In this document: positions 1 to 8,892 of the stretch, one piece after another | Position numbering within the stretch: position 1 is the stretch's first letter | Layout: every line of letters starts with the position of its first letter | IMG/VR virus record: IMGVR_UViG_3300022856_000003 | Source of the DNA: a virus | Direction: 5' to 3' (one strand) | Length of the DNA stretch: 64,000 bases | Notes under the pieces: generated by a model | Database searches by the model: none | Told to the model about the DNA's origin: nothing | What the model saw: the letters and a program-made list of their open reading frames with translations, nothing else | Program-made: the position numbers and the translations under genes

Positions 1-365
1 GCTACAACAACGACGAGGAGTACCGCGAGCGCGTGAAGCAGGACTCGAAGGCCCGTCGAAAGTCAGCGACCGGAACCAACGGCGCAGTGCTGGTTGAGGT
101 CCTCAAGGTCATGGTGGAGGCGTTCCAACCTCGTCGTCTCGCTGAGGGCTGCAATCGCAGCATCAGCACGATCAACTACTGGCAGACCCACAACACGATC
201 CCAGAGACGCCGTTCCGAACCCCTGGTGGATATCGCCTCTACACTCAGGCGATGATCGATGGTGTGGTCCTCGCTCTGACCCAGGTTCCGAAGCCGAAGA
301 AGGGCGAGGATGCGTTCCGAACGGTCGTCGTCAACGCATGGCGCAGAGCCGGTGTTCCTGTCTGA
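1..365 (+). CDS. MerR-type HTH DNA-binding protein (5' end probably beyond window edge)
   Basis: Frame is open from the window start; contains a MerR-like wing motif (STINYW...RTPGGYRLYT). Confidence 0.6.
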   Translation, partial: YNNDEEYRERVKQDSKARRKSATGTNGAVLVEVLKVMVEAFQPRRLAEGCNRSISTINYWQTHNTIPETPFRTPGGYRLYTQAMIDGVVLALTQVPKPKKGEDAFRTVVVNAWRRAGVPV

Positions 366-457
366 ACAATCGTCAAACCCTTGCAACGGGTGACGTAGAA
401 TGATACTGTGATCTCCAATGGGTACGAGGGTGTGATGCCCCGACGAGGAGGTTCCAG

Positions 458-1072
458 ATGATGGACGACAGTGTCGTAGACGACCTGATCAGTGAGACGA
501 TTTCCGCTCAGGCGGGCCACAACTGGGAGAGCCATACGGTCACCCACGGCAAGGAACTCAACCTTGTCGACGGTTCGACACATCTCAAGAATCTGCCGCC
601 GCTGGTGATCAACGTCGATGACCCGTATGTGTTGGTCAGCGTCGGAGTCAATCGCACCACAGACCTCGGGAAGAGCGAGATGGCGAAGGTCGGAATCCGA
701 CTGAGCGCCCTTGTCCCACGTAGCGAGCGCGGAGAACTCTTCTCCTGGCTCGAGGATCTCGCCAACGACATGCACGCCCGTGAGATGGCTGGCCTCAAGG
801 CGCAGGATCAGCCGAGCATCGACGAGTTCGTCAACGGGTTGAAGTGGTACCAAGGAACCATGCCCCGTATGAGCCTCTACATGGAATATGGGCTCACCCT
901 GAACCTGGGCGACTGGCAGTTCGACAAGCCGTCGGTCGGCGTCAACGAGACGTTCAACCCTGACGACTTCGCGGTGATCTGGAAGGACATCAGCAACTTC
1001 CTCGGGGCACGCATCCAGAAGGCCGTGGCAAAGGCGAGGGCTCCGAAGTCCGCTGCCCCTGCCGGTCTGTGA
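458..1072 (+). CDS. hypothetical protein
   Basis: 204-aa ORF, GAGGAGG SD upstream, typical codon usage. Confidence 0.7.
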   Translation: MMDDSVVDDLISETISAQAGHNWESHTVTHGKELNLVDGSTHLKNLPPLVINVDDPYVLVSVGVNRTTDLGKSEMAKVGIRLSALVPRSERGELFSWLEDLANDMHAREMAGLKAQDQPSIDEFVNGLKWYQGTMPRMSLYMEYGLTLNLGDWQFDKPSVGVNETFNPDDFAVIWKDISNFLGARIQKAVAKARAPKSAAPAGL

Positions 1073-1083
1073 AATCGATTTCG
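1070..1083. repeat. dispersed 14-bp palindrome copy (TGAAATCGATTTCG), overlaps stop codon
   Basis: Read directly; one of 19 copies. Confidence 0.9.
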
Positions 1084-1096
1084 TAGAGGAGTACAG

Positions 1097-2503
1097 ATGA
1101 GCATCGACAAGCTGGCCCTGTTGCGCGCACAGCACACGAAGGTGAACGAAACCTACGGCGAAGAGATCGTCCGCAAGGGCATCATCGTCGACATCCCGCG
1201 AATCCCCACGGGGTCGCTATCTCAAGATGTGATCTGTGGCTGCAACAGTGCTGGCTATGGCGGTTGGGCCGTCGGGCACATGAACTGCGTCGTCGGCTGG
1301 GAATCCAGCGGGAAAACGACCGCCTGTCTCAAGGCAATCGGCAACCTCCAGAAGATGTGCGTTCGCTGCTACCGCGAGGCTGTCAACGTAGGAGTTACCC
1401 GACTTCTCGACGATGAAGGAGCGCCGGTACTCTCAGTCATCGGCAAGAAGCTCGGACCAGAAGGTGAGCCGATCGACAACCTCGTCCCGTATTACACGGT
1501 TGTGGGGAAGTGCTCCTGTTTCAAGGAGGGTCTTTGGACTCCCGACTTCCCGGAGTTCACAGGGAACGTCAAGCAGAAGAAGGAGCAGAAGGCTGAGTGG
1601 GCGCTCGAACAAGAATCCCTGCTCGCCAACAGCTTTGAGGCCGCGACCATCGTCTACGCGGACTGCGAGAACACGCTCGACCTCAAGTGGGGCAAGCGAC
1701 ACGGCGTCCATGCCTACGTCTGGGACGAGGAGTACCAGTCTCACTGCCCCGTTGCTCAGTTCCAACAGGTGGTCCCCGGGTATGCCGAACAGTGCATCGA
1801 CCTCGTGGATGAGTACATCATCGGTGGAGCCGTCGACATGATCGTCGTGGACTCGATCCCGGCAATGGTCCCGAAGATCGAACGCGATGCTTCCGCAGAG
1901 GACCTCCAGCGAGGGATCCAGGCGCAGCTCATCAACAAGGCTGTGCGTCGATGGGTGGGTTCTGTTGCCGACATGCGAGCGAGAACGGTTGGTCGTCGAC
2001 TCGTCACGATGATGATCGTCCAGCAGTGGCGTCACTCGATGAGCGCCTTCGCCGGTAACACGATGCCGGGAGGCAACGGACAGAGGTTCGCTTACTCGAT
2101 CATCAACGAGTACTACACGAACGACAAGGAGGAGAGGAAGGACGGCACGATGAACGCGGGCAAGGATTCCGAGGCCATCAAGACGACCTACACCCTCCGA
2201 GTCAACGTGAAGAACCGGAAGAACAAGACCTCGCCTCCGTTCCGCACCAGCAGCTTCCGAATGGCCCTGGTGGATGATGAGGACATCAAGGCGGGTGCTG
2301 TGCTCGACCTCGACTACATCTTCAAGACGGCGATGGCCCTGGGGATGGTTGAGAAGGTCGGCTCGAAGTACAAGTTCCTGGGCAAGGACTACACGGCGCA
2401 GTCACACATCGTCTCGCTTCTCTCGATCAAGCCCTCGATCAAGCGAAGGACGGTCAAGAAGATCCGCCAGATCGTCTACTCCAACACCGAAGGACAGACT
2501 TGA
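1097..2503 (+). CDS. recA: RecA/UvsX-like recombinase with a Cys-containing insertion
   Basis: IPTGSLSQD, Walker A GWESSGKTT, YADCENTLD, Walker B IVVDSIPAM, PGGNGQRF, KNKTSPPFR. Confidence 0.9.
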   Translation: MSIDKLALLRAQHTKVNETYGEEIVRKGIIVDIPRIPTGSLSQDVICGCNSAGYGGWAVGHMNCVVGWESSGKTTACLKAIGNLQKMCVRCYREAVNVGVTRLLDDEGAPVLSVIGKKLGPEGEPIDNLVPYYTVVGKCSCFKEGLWTPDFPEFTGNVKQKKEQKAEWALEQESLLANSFEAATIVYADCENTLDLKWGKRHGVHAYVWDEEYQSHCPVAQFQQVVPGYAEQCIDLVDEYIIGGAVDMIVVDSIPAMVPKIERDASAEDLQRGIQAQLINKAVRRWVGSVADMRARTVGRRLVTMMIVQQWRHSMSAFAGNTMPGGNGQRFAYSIINEYYTNDKEERKDGTMNAGKDSEAIKTTYTLRVNVKNRKNKTSPPFRTSSFRMALVDDEDIKAGAVLDLDYIFKTAMALGMVEKVGSKYKFLGKDYTAQSHIVSLLSIKPSIKRRTVKKIRQIVYSNTEGQT

Positions 2504-2811
2504 GCGGATTGCGACGATGTCCGAAGTGTGAGGCTCCCATCGAGCTAGTGCATCTTCAAGGGACCGGTCAACGCCTGTACGTGAACCCTGGGTTCGTCAT
2601 GGTGTTTCAAGGACCCGATAGTGGTGGAGGAGTGTCGATGGGCCGCATCCTCCACGCGAAGACCTGCCCTAGCTCGGGTGGACTCGCAATCGACCAGGAT
2701 GGATGTAGGAGGATCACCACCGATGGCGCTTGGAAGTCAGAAGACGAAAAACGATCCGAGGCAGAAGCGCGGAGGTCGGTCCCTCGACCGAAAAAGAAGC
2801 GGCGTCGATGA
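2500..2811 (+). CDS. small putative zinc-ribbon protein
   Basis: CPKC...HxxTC; start overlaps the recA stop codon. Confidence 0.5.
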   Translation: MSGLRRCPKCEAPIELVHLQGTGQRLYVNPGFVMVFQGPDSGGGVSMGRILHAKTCPSSGGLAIDQDGCRRITTDGAWKSEDEKRSEAEARRSVPRPKKKRRR

Positions 2812-3166
2812 GAAAAAGGACGCCAGCGACCGACACGAGGCCCGTACTGCCAAACGCCTCGGAGGTGAAGTCCAGCGAGGGTCAGGCTCCACTGAGAGAC
2901 ACAAGGGCGATGTCAAGACGGCGAATTTCCTGGTCGAGAACAAATGCCGCCTCCCTTCCGCAAAGGATGGCGCGCTCTCTATCCGGGTTACAGCGAAGTG
3001 GCTCGAGAAGATCAGTGGAGAGGCTAAGGCAGTTGGGAAGGACCCTGCATTCGCCTTTGAGATCCCAGGAATCAAGGACCCATTTACGGAGAAGCAGTGG
3101 ATGGCAGTCCCCGAGACCGTCTTCGCCTCATTGCTAGAGGAACTACGGGAGCTGCGTGGTGAATGA
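2723..3166 (+). CDS. PD-(D/E)xK Holliday-junction-resolvase-like endonuclease
   Basis: HEARTAKRLGG...GSGS...KGDV...LVENK motif; AGGAGG SD before ATG 2723. Confidence 0.75.
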   Translation: MALGSQKTKNDPRQKRGGRSLDRKRSGVDEKKDASDRHEARTAKRLGGEVQRGSGSTERHKGDVKTANFLVENKCRLPSAKDGALSIRVTAKWLEKISGEAKAVGKDPAFAFEIPGIKDPFTEKQWMAVPETVFASLLEELRELRGE

Positions 3167-3344
3167 AACCTTGCACCATTGGGGTTTCAAAGTGCTGCAC
3201 ACGCAGTCTGTGTCCGCCTCTCCTGGCTCGACGTATGGAACGCCCACACTCGCGCCCTCAGATATCAAGAAGCGTCACAAAGGCGCACAAGACCTCTCAC
3301 AGGGCATGGTGCCCGCGCAGTTCGCAGGAGAATTAAGATGTTGA
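3156..3344 (+). CDS. small hypothetical protein
   Basis: 62-aa ORF filling the gap between coupled genes. Confidence 0.35.
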   Translation: MVNETLHHWGFKVLHTQSVSASPGSTYGTPTLAPSDIKKRHKGAQDLSQGMVPAQFAGELRC

Positions 3345-3904
3345 AGCCCCTCATCCCGTCCATGACAGATCGCCGTCGAGAACTCGCCTCGACCCACATT
3401 CCCGGTGACGAGGTTGATCGTGTCTACGAGGCGTACAAGTCCGTTATGGCCGAGTACATCAGCGTGGCCGACCGAATTTCGCCTCAGCTCATCGAGAACC
3501 CTCCGCAGACAGAGAAGCTGGACGCCTCGATCAAGTCAGCACTGGTGACGATGGCGAAGGCGCGAATCAAGGGCGGGCTCGGCAAGATCGCGTGGATGAG
3601 CTTCGTGGTCTTCGACCCCGATTACACGATGGACTGGCAGGACGAGAAGTTGCTCCCCGCCGCCGTGGTTCACCGTCGTTTGCACCAGAGCGACTTCTAC
3701 CTCTCCGAGTTCCGTTTGCTCAAGTCTCACGCGAAGGATGTAGATTGGACTGTGACAGTCCAGTCACCCGACTCGAAGTCGGTTGTCCAAAAGCGCCGCG
3801 AGTTCCCCATGTGGGGTCTCGAGCACAAGCACAATCTGGACAACCACCCGAAGGCTCAGGCGTGGTACCGAGCCCAACTGCAAGCAAGAGGGATCGTCAA
3901 ATGA
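3338..3904 (+). CDS. hypothetical protein
   Basis: AGGAG SD before ATG 3338; stop overlaps the next ATG. Confidence 0.7.
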   Translation: MLKPLIPSMTDRRRELASTHIPGDEVDRVYEAYKSVMAEYISVADRISPQLIENPPQTEKLDASIKSALVTMAKARIKGGLGKIAWMSFVVFDPDYTMDWQDEKLLPAAVVHRRLHQSDFYLSEFRLLKSHAKDVDWTVTVQSPDSKSVVQKRREFPMWGLEHKHNLDNHPKAQAWYRAQLQARGIVK

Positions 3905-4401
3905 CCGACATCATGACCGTGGAAGATTTTCAAGCACTCATGGCTGGGACTGACACCGAGATCCTTGAGTGCAGCGAGCCTATCGTGCTTGTTCACTCCA
4001 CCGAGTTCCGGCACTGGACCTCTGCCGAGGACCTCGAGTTCATGTCCTCGCTCCCCGAGGTGCCCGACGAGGGCAGCATGCTGGATGTTGAGCCTGACCC
4101 TGACCCGCCGAGCCAGGTGCTCAAGTGCGAGTCGAGGTTGTTCGACAGCATTGAGGAAGTTCGCGACTTCTTCATCGGTAAGCGATTCTTCTACTACGCG
4201 ATCGGCACGGCCCATGCCGCCGTACAGCGTGAGGATCGAGGGGATGACGCGAGGATCCACCTCCGATTCGCCGAGTGGATGCCGAAGGGAACCCCTCGCT
4301 CGATGAAGAGGTTGCTTCGCAAGACCGAGACGTTCTGGCATGAGGAGCCCACCTCTGACGGGGAGTACCCCAGGTCTGAGGAGATCGCCCACCTCCGGTG
4401 A
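3901..4401 (+). CDS. hypothetical protein
   Basis: ATGA coupling to upstream gene; typical codon usage. Confidence 0.65.
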   Translation: MTDIMTVEDFQALMAGTDTEILECSEPIVLVHSTEFRHWTSAEDLEFMSSLPEVPDEGSMLDVEPDPDPPSQVLKCESRLFDSIEEVRDFFIGKRFFYYAIGTAHAAVQREDRGDDARIHLRFAEWMPKGTPRSMKRLLRKTETFWHEEPTSDGEYPRSEEIAHLR

Positions 4402-4406
4402 GTTGA

Positions 4407-4420
4407 CGAAATCGATTTCG
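4407..4420. repeat. dispersed palindrome copy (perfect, extends to ACGAAATCGATTTCGT)
   Basis: Intergenic; extended -10-like TGtTAGAAT at 4436-4444 downstream. Confidence 0.9.
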
Positions 4421-4487
4421 TGACAAGACTGCCTCTGTTAGAATGCTTTCACTGTCCAACAGGTTTTGGACCACCCCGGAGTTCTAG

Positions 4488-4865
4488 ATGTCCCTTTTGA
4501 TGACCAAGCGCGAGATCGTCCTGATCAACACAAAGCAGGCGAAGCTGATCATTCGCGCCCACACCAAGATCCACTATCCGAAGGGTGCGAAGGTTCCGCT
4601 GGTCATCGACAAGACGAACCCGTCTCCGATCTCGGTCCAGGTGATTGGCGCGGTCGAGACCACTCTCCGTGCCATCACCGAGTCGATCGCGAAGGACGCC
4701 GGGTTCAAGAACCTCGCGGACTTCAAGAGCCACTGGAAGAACAAGGTCTACGGTCCGAAGGGCATCGACCCCTCGGGTGGTTCCCGCCACGCGGACGACT
4801 GCAAGGTCGTGCTCTACCGTTACCGGCGCACTGAGCTGGTTCAGAAGCGTCTCAAGGTCTCCTGA
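4488..4865 (+). CDS. ASCH/PUA-like domain protein
   Basis: TLRAITESIAKDAGFKNLADFKSHW resembles the ASCH C-terminal signature. Confidence 0.55.
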   Translation: MSLLMTKREIVLINTKQAKLIIRAHTKIHYPKGAKVPLVIDKTNPSPISVQVIGAVETTLRAITESIAKDAGFKNLADFKSHWKNKVYGPKGIDPSGGSRHADDCKVVLYRYRRTELVQKRLKVS

Positions 4866-4994
4866 CGTAGCGTCGGGATTCGCGTCCTACCTGTAATGGG
4901 CTGAGGTCGAGAGGGTGTTCGATGGGGTTGGTCGCCTCGCGCGGAAAAGACCACCGCTGTGATACGGGGCACGGTGCCTCGACAAGGAGAGAGA

Positions 4995-6017
4995 ATGCTA
5001 GGTGCCTCGATTGGGTACAAACCAGATCATGCGGCCTTCCGGGATCTCATCGACGCTCGATTCAGAGCTGACGAGGAGAAGATCCCATTCGCGCCAGCGA
5101 AGACGGGTGACACGTCGACCTACTTCCGTGCCTCATCGCTCGGAAAGAGATGTGGCCGCAAGGAGGCGCTCAAGATCGTCCACAAGAAGACGAGCATTGA
5201 GGAGATCAAGCCAGAACTCCTGTACCTCTTCGCCAAAGGTCACGCCTATCACTGGATGCACCAGGAGAACATCCTCCCGCTCATTGCGAAGGATGGCCTT
5301 CTCGGCTGGTGGGTAGGCCCAGACTCCATGCTCACAGGAAGCAACGACGACGGAAGTCCGAAGCTCTGGACCATGGCAGAGGCCGCAGAGAAGATGGGCT
5401 GCAAGACCCATCAGCTCCAGTACAAAGAGGTGCATGCCTACGACCACGTCGGGATGATCAAGGGTCACCCTGACGCGATCCTGGACTGGAGCCGCCTCAA
5501 CTTCTCCCACGACGACCACCCAGACGGACTCGAGATTCTCGAGTTCAAGACGCGCCATGACTCCACATGGATGTGGGATGCCATCGACCCCTACCTCGGC
5601 GGTCAGCCTCTCAAGGATCACGTCCTACAGGTCCAGATCTACATGCTGATGACGGGCATCAAGCACGCTCGCATCATCTACATGAAAAAGGGCGACAACG
5701 AGTACACGGACGGGCTCAAGTACAGCTACGTCGAGTGGCGTGTCGAATCCGACCCGAAGGTCCAGGCGAAGATCAGGAAGTTCCTGACCGCGTGGTGGCA
5801 GGTGATCGAGAAGGCTTACGGCCAGGGCTACGTCCCGCCACGTAAGGTCTGTTCGGCCTTCACGAAGGGCAAGGCCACAAGCTGCGCTCTGCGCTACCTC
5901 TGCTTCGACAAGAAGCCATCGAAGAAGAAGGACAACCTTCGCGACTGCACTCCAGACGAGGTGCAGGACATGAAGAAGGCACTCGAAGAGATGCTCGACA
6001 TCGTCTTGGGAGACTGA
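4995..6017 (+). CDS. Cas4/RecB-like PD-(D/E)xK exonuclease
   Basis: RASSL..CGRK, GHPDAILD, LEFKT, QVQIYM and C-terminal Cys cluster. Confidence 0.8.
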   Translation: MLGASIGYKPDHAAFRDLIDARFRADEEKIPFAPAKTGDTSTYFRASSLGKRCGRKEALKIVHKKTSIEEIKPELLYLFAKGHAYHWMHQENILPLIAKDGLLGWWVGPDSMLTGSNDDGSPKLWTMAEAAEKMGCKTHQLQYKEVHAYDHVGMIKGHPDAILDWSRLNFSHDDHPDGLEILEFKTRHDSTWMWDAIDPYLGGQPLKDHVLQVQIYMLMTGIKHARIIYMKKGDNEYTDGLKYSYVEWRVESDPKVQAKIRKFLTAWWQVIEKAYGQGYVPPRKVCSAFTKGKATSCALRYLCFDKKPSKKKDNLRDCTPDEVQDMKKALEEMLDIVLGD

Positions 6018-6020
6018 CTG

Positions 6021-6350
6021 ATGACGACTCGCACAGTGATCGAATGCCAACGACTCGCCAGAGCATGGCTCAGCGGTATGAAGCCCAACCGTGAGATGGT
6101 CCGTGAGGAACTCGGTGGCGAGCCAACGGATCAGTTCCTCAAGGAGTTCGGGGTGCCACTTTCTGCGGCAGAGCGCGAGAAGCTGATGGATCTTTCGTTC
6201 GACGCGACGGTATCTCAGATGCAGCAAGAAGAGGACGAGGAGGTCTTAGCGAAGCTCGAGAAGCTGGCTGCCGATCCGATCTCGCTCAAGCCGTCAAGCC
6301 GTGGCGTGGGTCCGGTCGTGAAGAAGAAGCCCGTCGGGAGGAAACCATGA
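6021..6350 (+). CDS. hypothetical protein
   Basis: ORF in tightly packed operon. Confidence 0.6.
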   Translation: MTTRTVIECQRLARAWLSGMKPNREMVREELGGEPTDQFLKEFGVPLSAAEREKLMDLSFDATVSQMQQEEDEEVLAKLEKLAADPISLKPSSRGVGPVVKKKPVGRKP

Positions 6351-6616
6351 TCATCACCTGGGAAGAGACTGACGATCTCGCTGGCGTGCTCGTCGTGAAC
6401 ACAGACACCGACGCACACAACAACCGGTACGTCATCGCGTACAGGCATGTGATTGGCCAGAAGGGAAACCTCTACGCACTCATCGCGCTGTCCGACGGGA
6501 TGTGTCTTCCGTTCATGAAGAAGGAGCACATGATCGAGAAGCTCAACGACGGGTTCGCCCCGATCTCGCACAAGGAATCCATGATGCTGGCCTGTTTCGG
6601 AAGGAAGACGCCGTGA
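6347..6616 (+). CDS. hypothetical protein
   Basis: GGAGG SD, ATGA overlap. Confidence 0.65.
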   Translation: MIITWEETDDLAGVLVVNTDTDAHNNRYVIAYRHVIGQKGNLYALIALSDGMCLPFMKKEHMIEKLNDGFAPISHKESMMLACFGRKTP

Positions 6617-6837
6617 GCGGTAGGGTCCTCATGACCCTCCATGGTCAGACCTGGGATGACGACTCCAACCCAGAGAATGTGGACGTTTCAGCCTCCATCA
6701 AGCTCAAGACCAGTGGGTGGGGTCTGAACCTGATGGACTCGAGGGATGTCGCTGAGGACATCAAAGCCTCATTGGACAATCTGTCCGTCGAAGACATCGA
6801 GCGCCTCGTCAAGAGGATGCAGGGGGAAGAGGAATGA
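6613..6837 (+). CDS. hypothetical protein
   Basis: GTGA overlap upstream and ATGA overlap downstream. Confidence 0.55.
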   Translation: MSGRVLMTLHGQTWDDDSNPENVDVSASIKLKTSGWGLNLMDSRDVAEDIKASLDNLSVEDIERLVKRMQGEEE

Positions 6838-7367
6838 AGACCGTAGGCATCGACGCATCGCTCGCCAACACCGGATGCCTCGCGTACAAGCACGGACCCA
6901 ACCAGAGGGATTTCGGAAAGATCCTCGGTGAACTCACCGTGGGTCACTCCATCCCCAAGGGCTCCGACGTGAAGGACAGCATCCTGCGGATCATCAAGAT
7001 CTGTCAGGCAGTCAACGAGTTCATCCGAGAGCACGAACCAGACTTCGTCGTTGTCGAAGGCCCGTCCTACGCCTCTAAGTGGAGCCGTCACTACGACCTG
7101 GGTGGGCTCAACTACAGCATCTACATGCAGCTCCATCTGGTCTTCAAGATCACCGCGATCGTCCTGGCACCGAAGAGCGCCAGGAAGAAGGGTCTCGGCA
7201 GAGGAAGTGCGCCGACGACCTTCCCTGGTAAGACGGGAGCTACGCGAACGAAGAAGTGGATCCGAATGACGCTCGAGGAGTTGATCGGCAAGGAGAACGT
7301 GCCGAAGAACGAGCACCTCCGGGATGCTCTGGTTCTATGTCTCGCGCAGCAGGGGTTCCGAGAATGA
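6834..7367 (+). CDS. RuvC-like Holliday junction resolvase
   Basis: VGIDASLANTG, PDFVVVEG, RDALVL: RNase H-fold acidic residues. Confidence 0.8.
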   Translation: MKTVGIDASLANTGCLAYKHGPNQRDFGKILGELTVGHSIPKGSDVKDSILRIIKICQAVNEFIREHEPDFVVVEGPSYASKWSRHYDLGGLNYSIYMQLHLVFKITAIVLAPKSARKKGLGRGSAPTTFPGKTGATRTKKWIRMTLEELIGKENVPKNEHLRDALVLCLAQQGFRE

Positions 7368-7666
7368 AGAAGGGCGTGAACACAGCCCTCTACTCCGGGA
7401 ATGTAGGGAGCCGCTTTGAAGACTCGGACATCGACGGTCGAGATCCGAGGTTTTCCTTCGACATCTGCGGCGATCGTCGAGATGACAAGACGTGGGTGAC
7501 CATCAACGTGTTCCACGTCGAGACCATCTTGGACCTGCGAAATCGATTTCGCGATGGGACATTTAGCCAGGGCAGTTATGTCGTCGCGACAGGCTCTCTG
7601 ATGAAATGGAAGAGGGGACTTGCCATCCGCGTGGAATCCCTGGTTCTTTCTGAGAAAGCAGGTTGA
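7364..7666 (+). CDS. single-stranded DNA-binding (OB-fold)-like protein
   Basis: VNTALYSGNVG...WVTINVF...GSYVVATGSL resembles SSB strands; no acidic tail. Confidence 0.55.
   Translation: MKKGVNTALYSGNVGSRFEDSDIDGRDPRFSFDICGDRRDDKTWVTINVFHVETILDLRNRFRDGTFSQGSYVVATGSLMKWKRGLAIRVESLVLSEKAG
7538..7551. repeat. dispersed palindrome copy (intragenic, encodes RNRF)
   Basis: GCGAAATCGATTTCGC. Confidence 0.9.
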
Positions 7667-7695
7667 ATAACTACGAACCGATCCAGCGTTTAGGA

Positions 7696-7724
7696 TTGAC
7701 TCCCTAGTTGAACCGCGTTAATGT
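7696..7724 (+). promoter_or_regulatory. sigma70-like promoter
   Basis: TTGACT-N17-TAATGT in the intergenic gap. Confidence 0.55.
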
Positions 7725-7808
7725 TCTTTCACGTCACCGCGACTCGTTCTGACTCGACGGTGACTCCGAATACTTCCTGTTTGGGGCTGGTCCCCCGGAG
7801 GCACAGCA

Positions 7809-8744
7809 ATGTCCGATGAATCCCCCCTCGCGTCCGTTGACGCAATCGAAGCGGTCGAGATGACCGAAATCGAGAAGACCGAACTTCGTCAGGCGGTCAT
7901 CGTCGCGAAGGAGGCCGTCGAGAACGGCTACTGGGATCTCGCCAGTCTGCTCCACCGCGTGTGGGACGACAGCCTCTTCACCGAGTGGGGCTACGACGAC
8001 TTCGCCTCGTACATCGACGGCGAGCTGAACTACACGATGCGGACGGCTCAGTACCTCGTTCGCATCGCGGGCTACTTCGGCAAGATGGACGAGGAAATCC
8101 AGGTGTGGGTCAAGGCCCTCGGCTGGAGCAAGGCCAAGGAGCTGGTCAAGCGCGTCACCCCGGAGAACTTCGCCCACTGGAAGAAGATCATCGCGGGCAA
8201 GTCCGTCGCCCAGATTCAGGCGCTCCTCAAGGAGGACACCGGATCCGACACCGTCGCCAAGGAGGCCACGGACGAAGAGAAGCCGAAGCGCATGGGCTTC
8301 TCGCTCTTCGAGGACCAGACCGCGACCGTCAACCAGGCCCTCGAGAAGTGCAAGGACGAAGCGAACAGCGACAAGGACGGCAACGCGCTCACCCTGATCT
8401 GCCAGGACTACCTCTCCAGCGGAGATTCGTCGCTCGACGCGCGACTCCTCGCCATCGAGAAGACCTTCGGCGTGAAGATCATCGCGGTGCGAATCGAAGA
8501 GGGCGGTGTCTCCTATCCCTACGGTGAGGCCAACCTCGACGAGCTGCTCGCTTCGGACGACGAGCCCGACGGCGAAGCGACCATCGATGAGGAGACCGTC
8601 GCCCCCGATGACGAGGCCCCCGTCGAAGGTGATGACCTCGGCGACCTCAACCAGAAGGAGTTGGTCGCTCTCTGCAAGGAGCGCGGGATCGTCTGCAAGA
8701 CGAAGGACTCGAAGCCGACCTTGATCGGCCTGCTCTCGGCGTAG
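7809..8744 (+). CDS. putative DNA-binding protein with C-terminal SAP/HeH(Rho-N)-like motif
   Basis: WGYDDFASYI...RTAQYL HTH-like region; LNQKELVALCKERGI...KPTLIGLL; strongly biased codons. Confidence 0.55.
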   Translation: MSDESPLASVDAIEAVEMTEIEKTELRQAVIVAKEAVENGYWDLASLLHRVWDDSLFTEWGYDDFASYIDGELNYTMRTAQYLVRIAGYFGKMDEEIQVWVKALGWSKAKELVKRVTPENFAHWKKIIAGKSVAQIQALLKEDTGSDTVAKEATDEEKPKRMGFSLFEDQTATVNQALEKCKDEANSDKDGNALTLICQDYLSSGDSSLDARLLAIEKTFGVKIIAVRIEEGGVSYPYGEANLDELLASDDEPDGEATIDEETVAPDDEAPVEGDDLGDLNQKELVALCKERGIVCKTKDSKPTLIGLLSA

Positions 8745-8778
8745 ACCGAATGACCCCGGATTGACGGGATGATGACCT

Positions 8779-8818
8779 CGGAGGGCGGTGCAGGTTTAGC
8801 GACTTGCGCCGCCCTTCG
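8779..8818 (+). terminator. GC-rich hairpin, possible terminator
   Basis: CGGAGGGCGGTGCAGGT / ACTTGCGCCGCCCTTCG stem; weak U-tract. Confidence 0.4.
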
Positions 8819-8892
8819 CGTTGTCTGAACAACGCAATAGTGCTACCATAGGTCTACGAGCGACGACGCACCGTTGCCGATCAGAGGGCTTC

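Noticed and set aside
1346-1650. Intein in RecA
   Set aside because: No C-terminal HN/C-S-T splice junction and no Hint or LAGLIDADG motifs
4995-6017. Cas4-like gene as part of a CRISPR-Cas system
   Set aside because: No repeat-spacer array or other cas genes; stand-alone Cas4-like exonucleases are common in phage recombination modules
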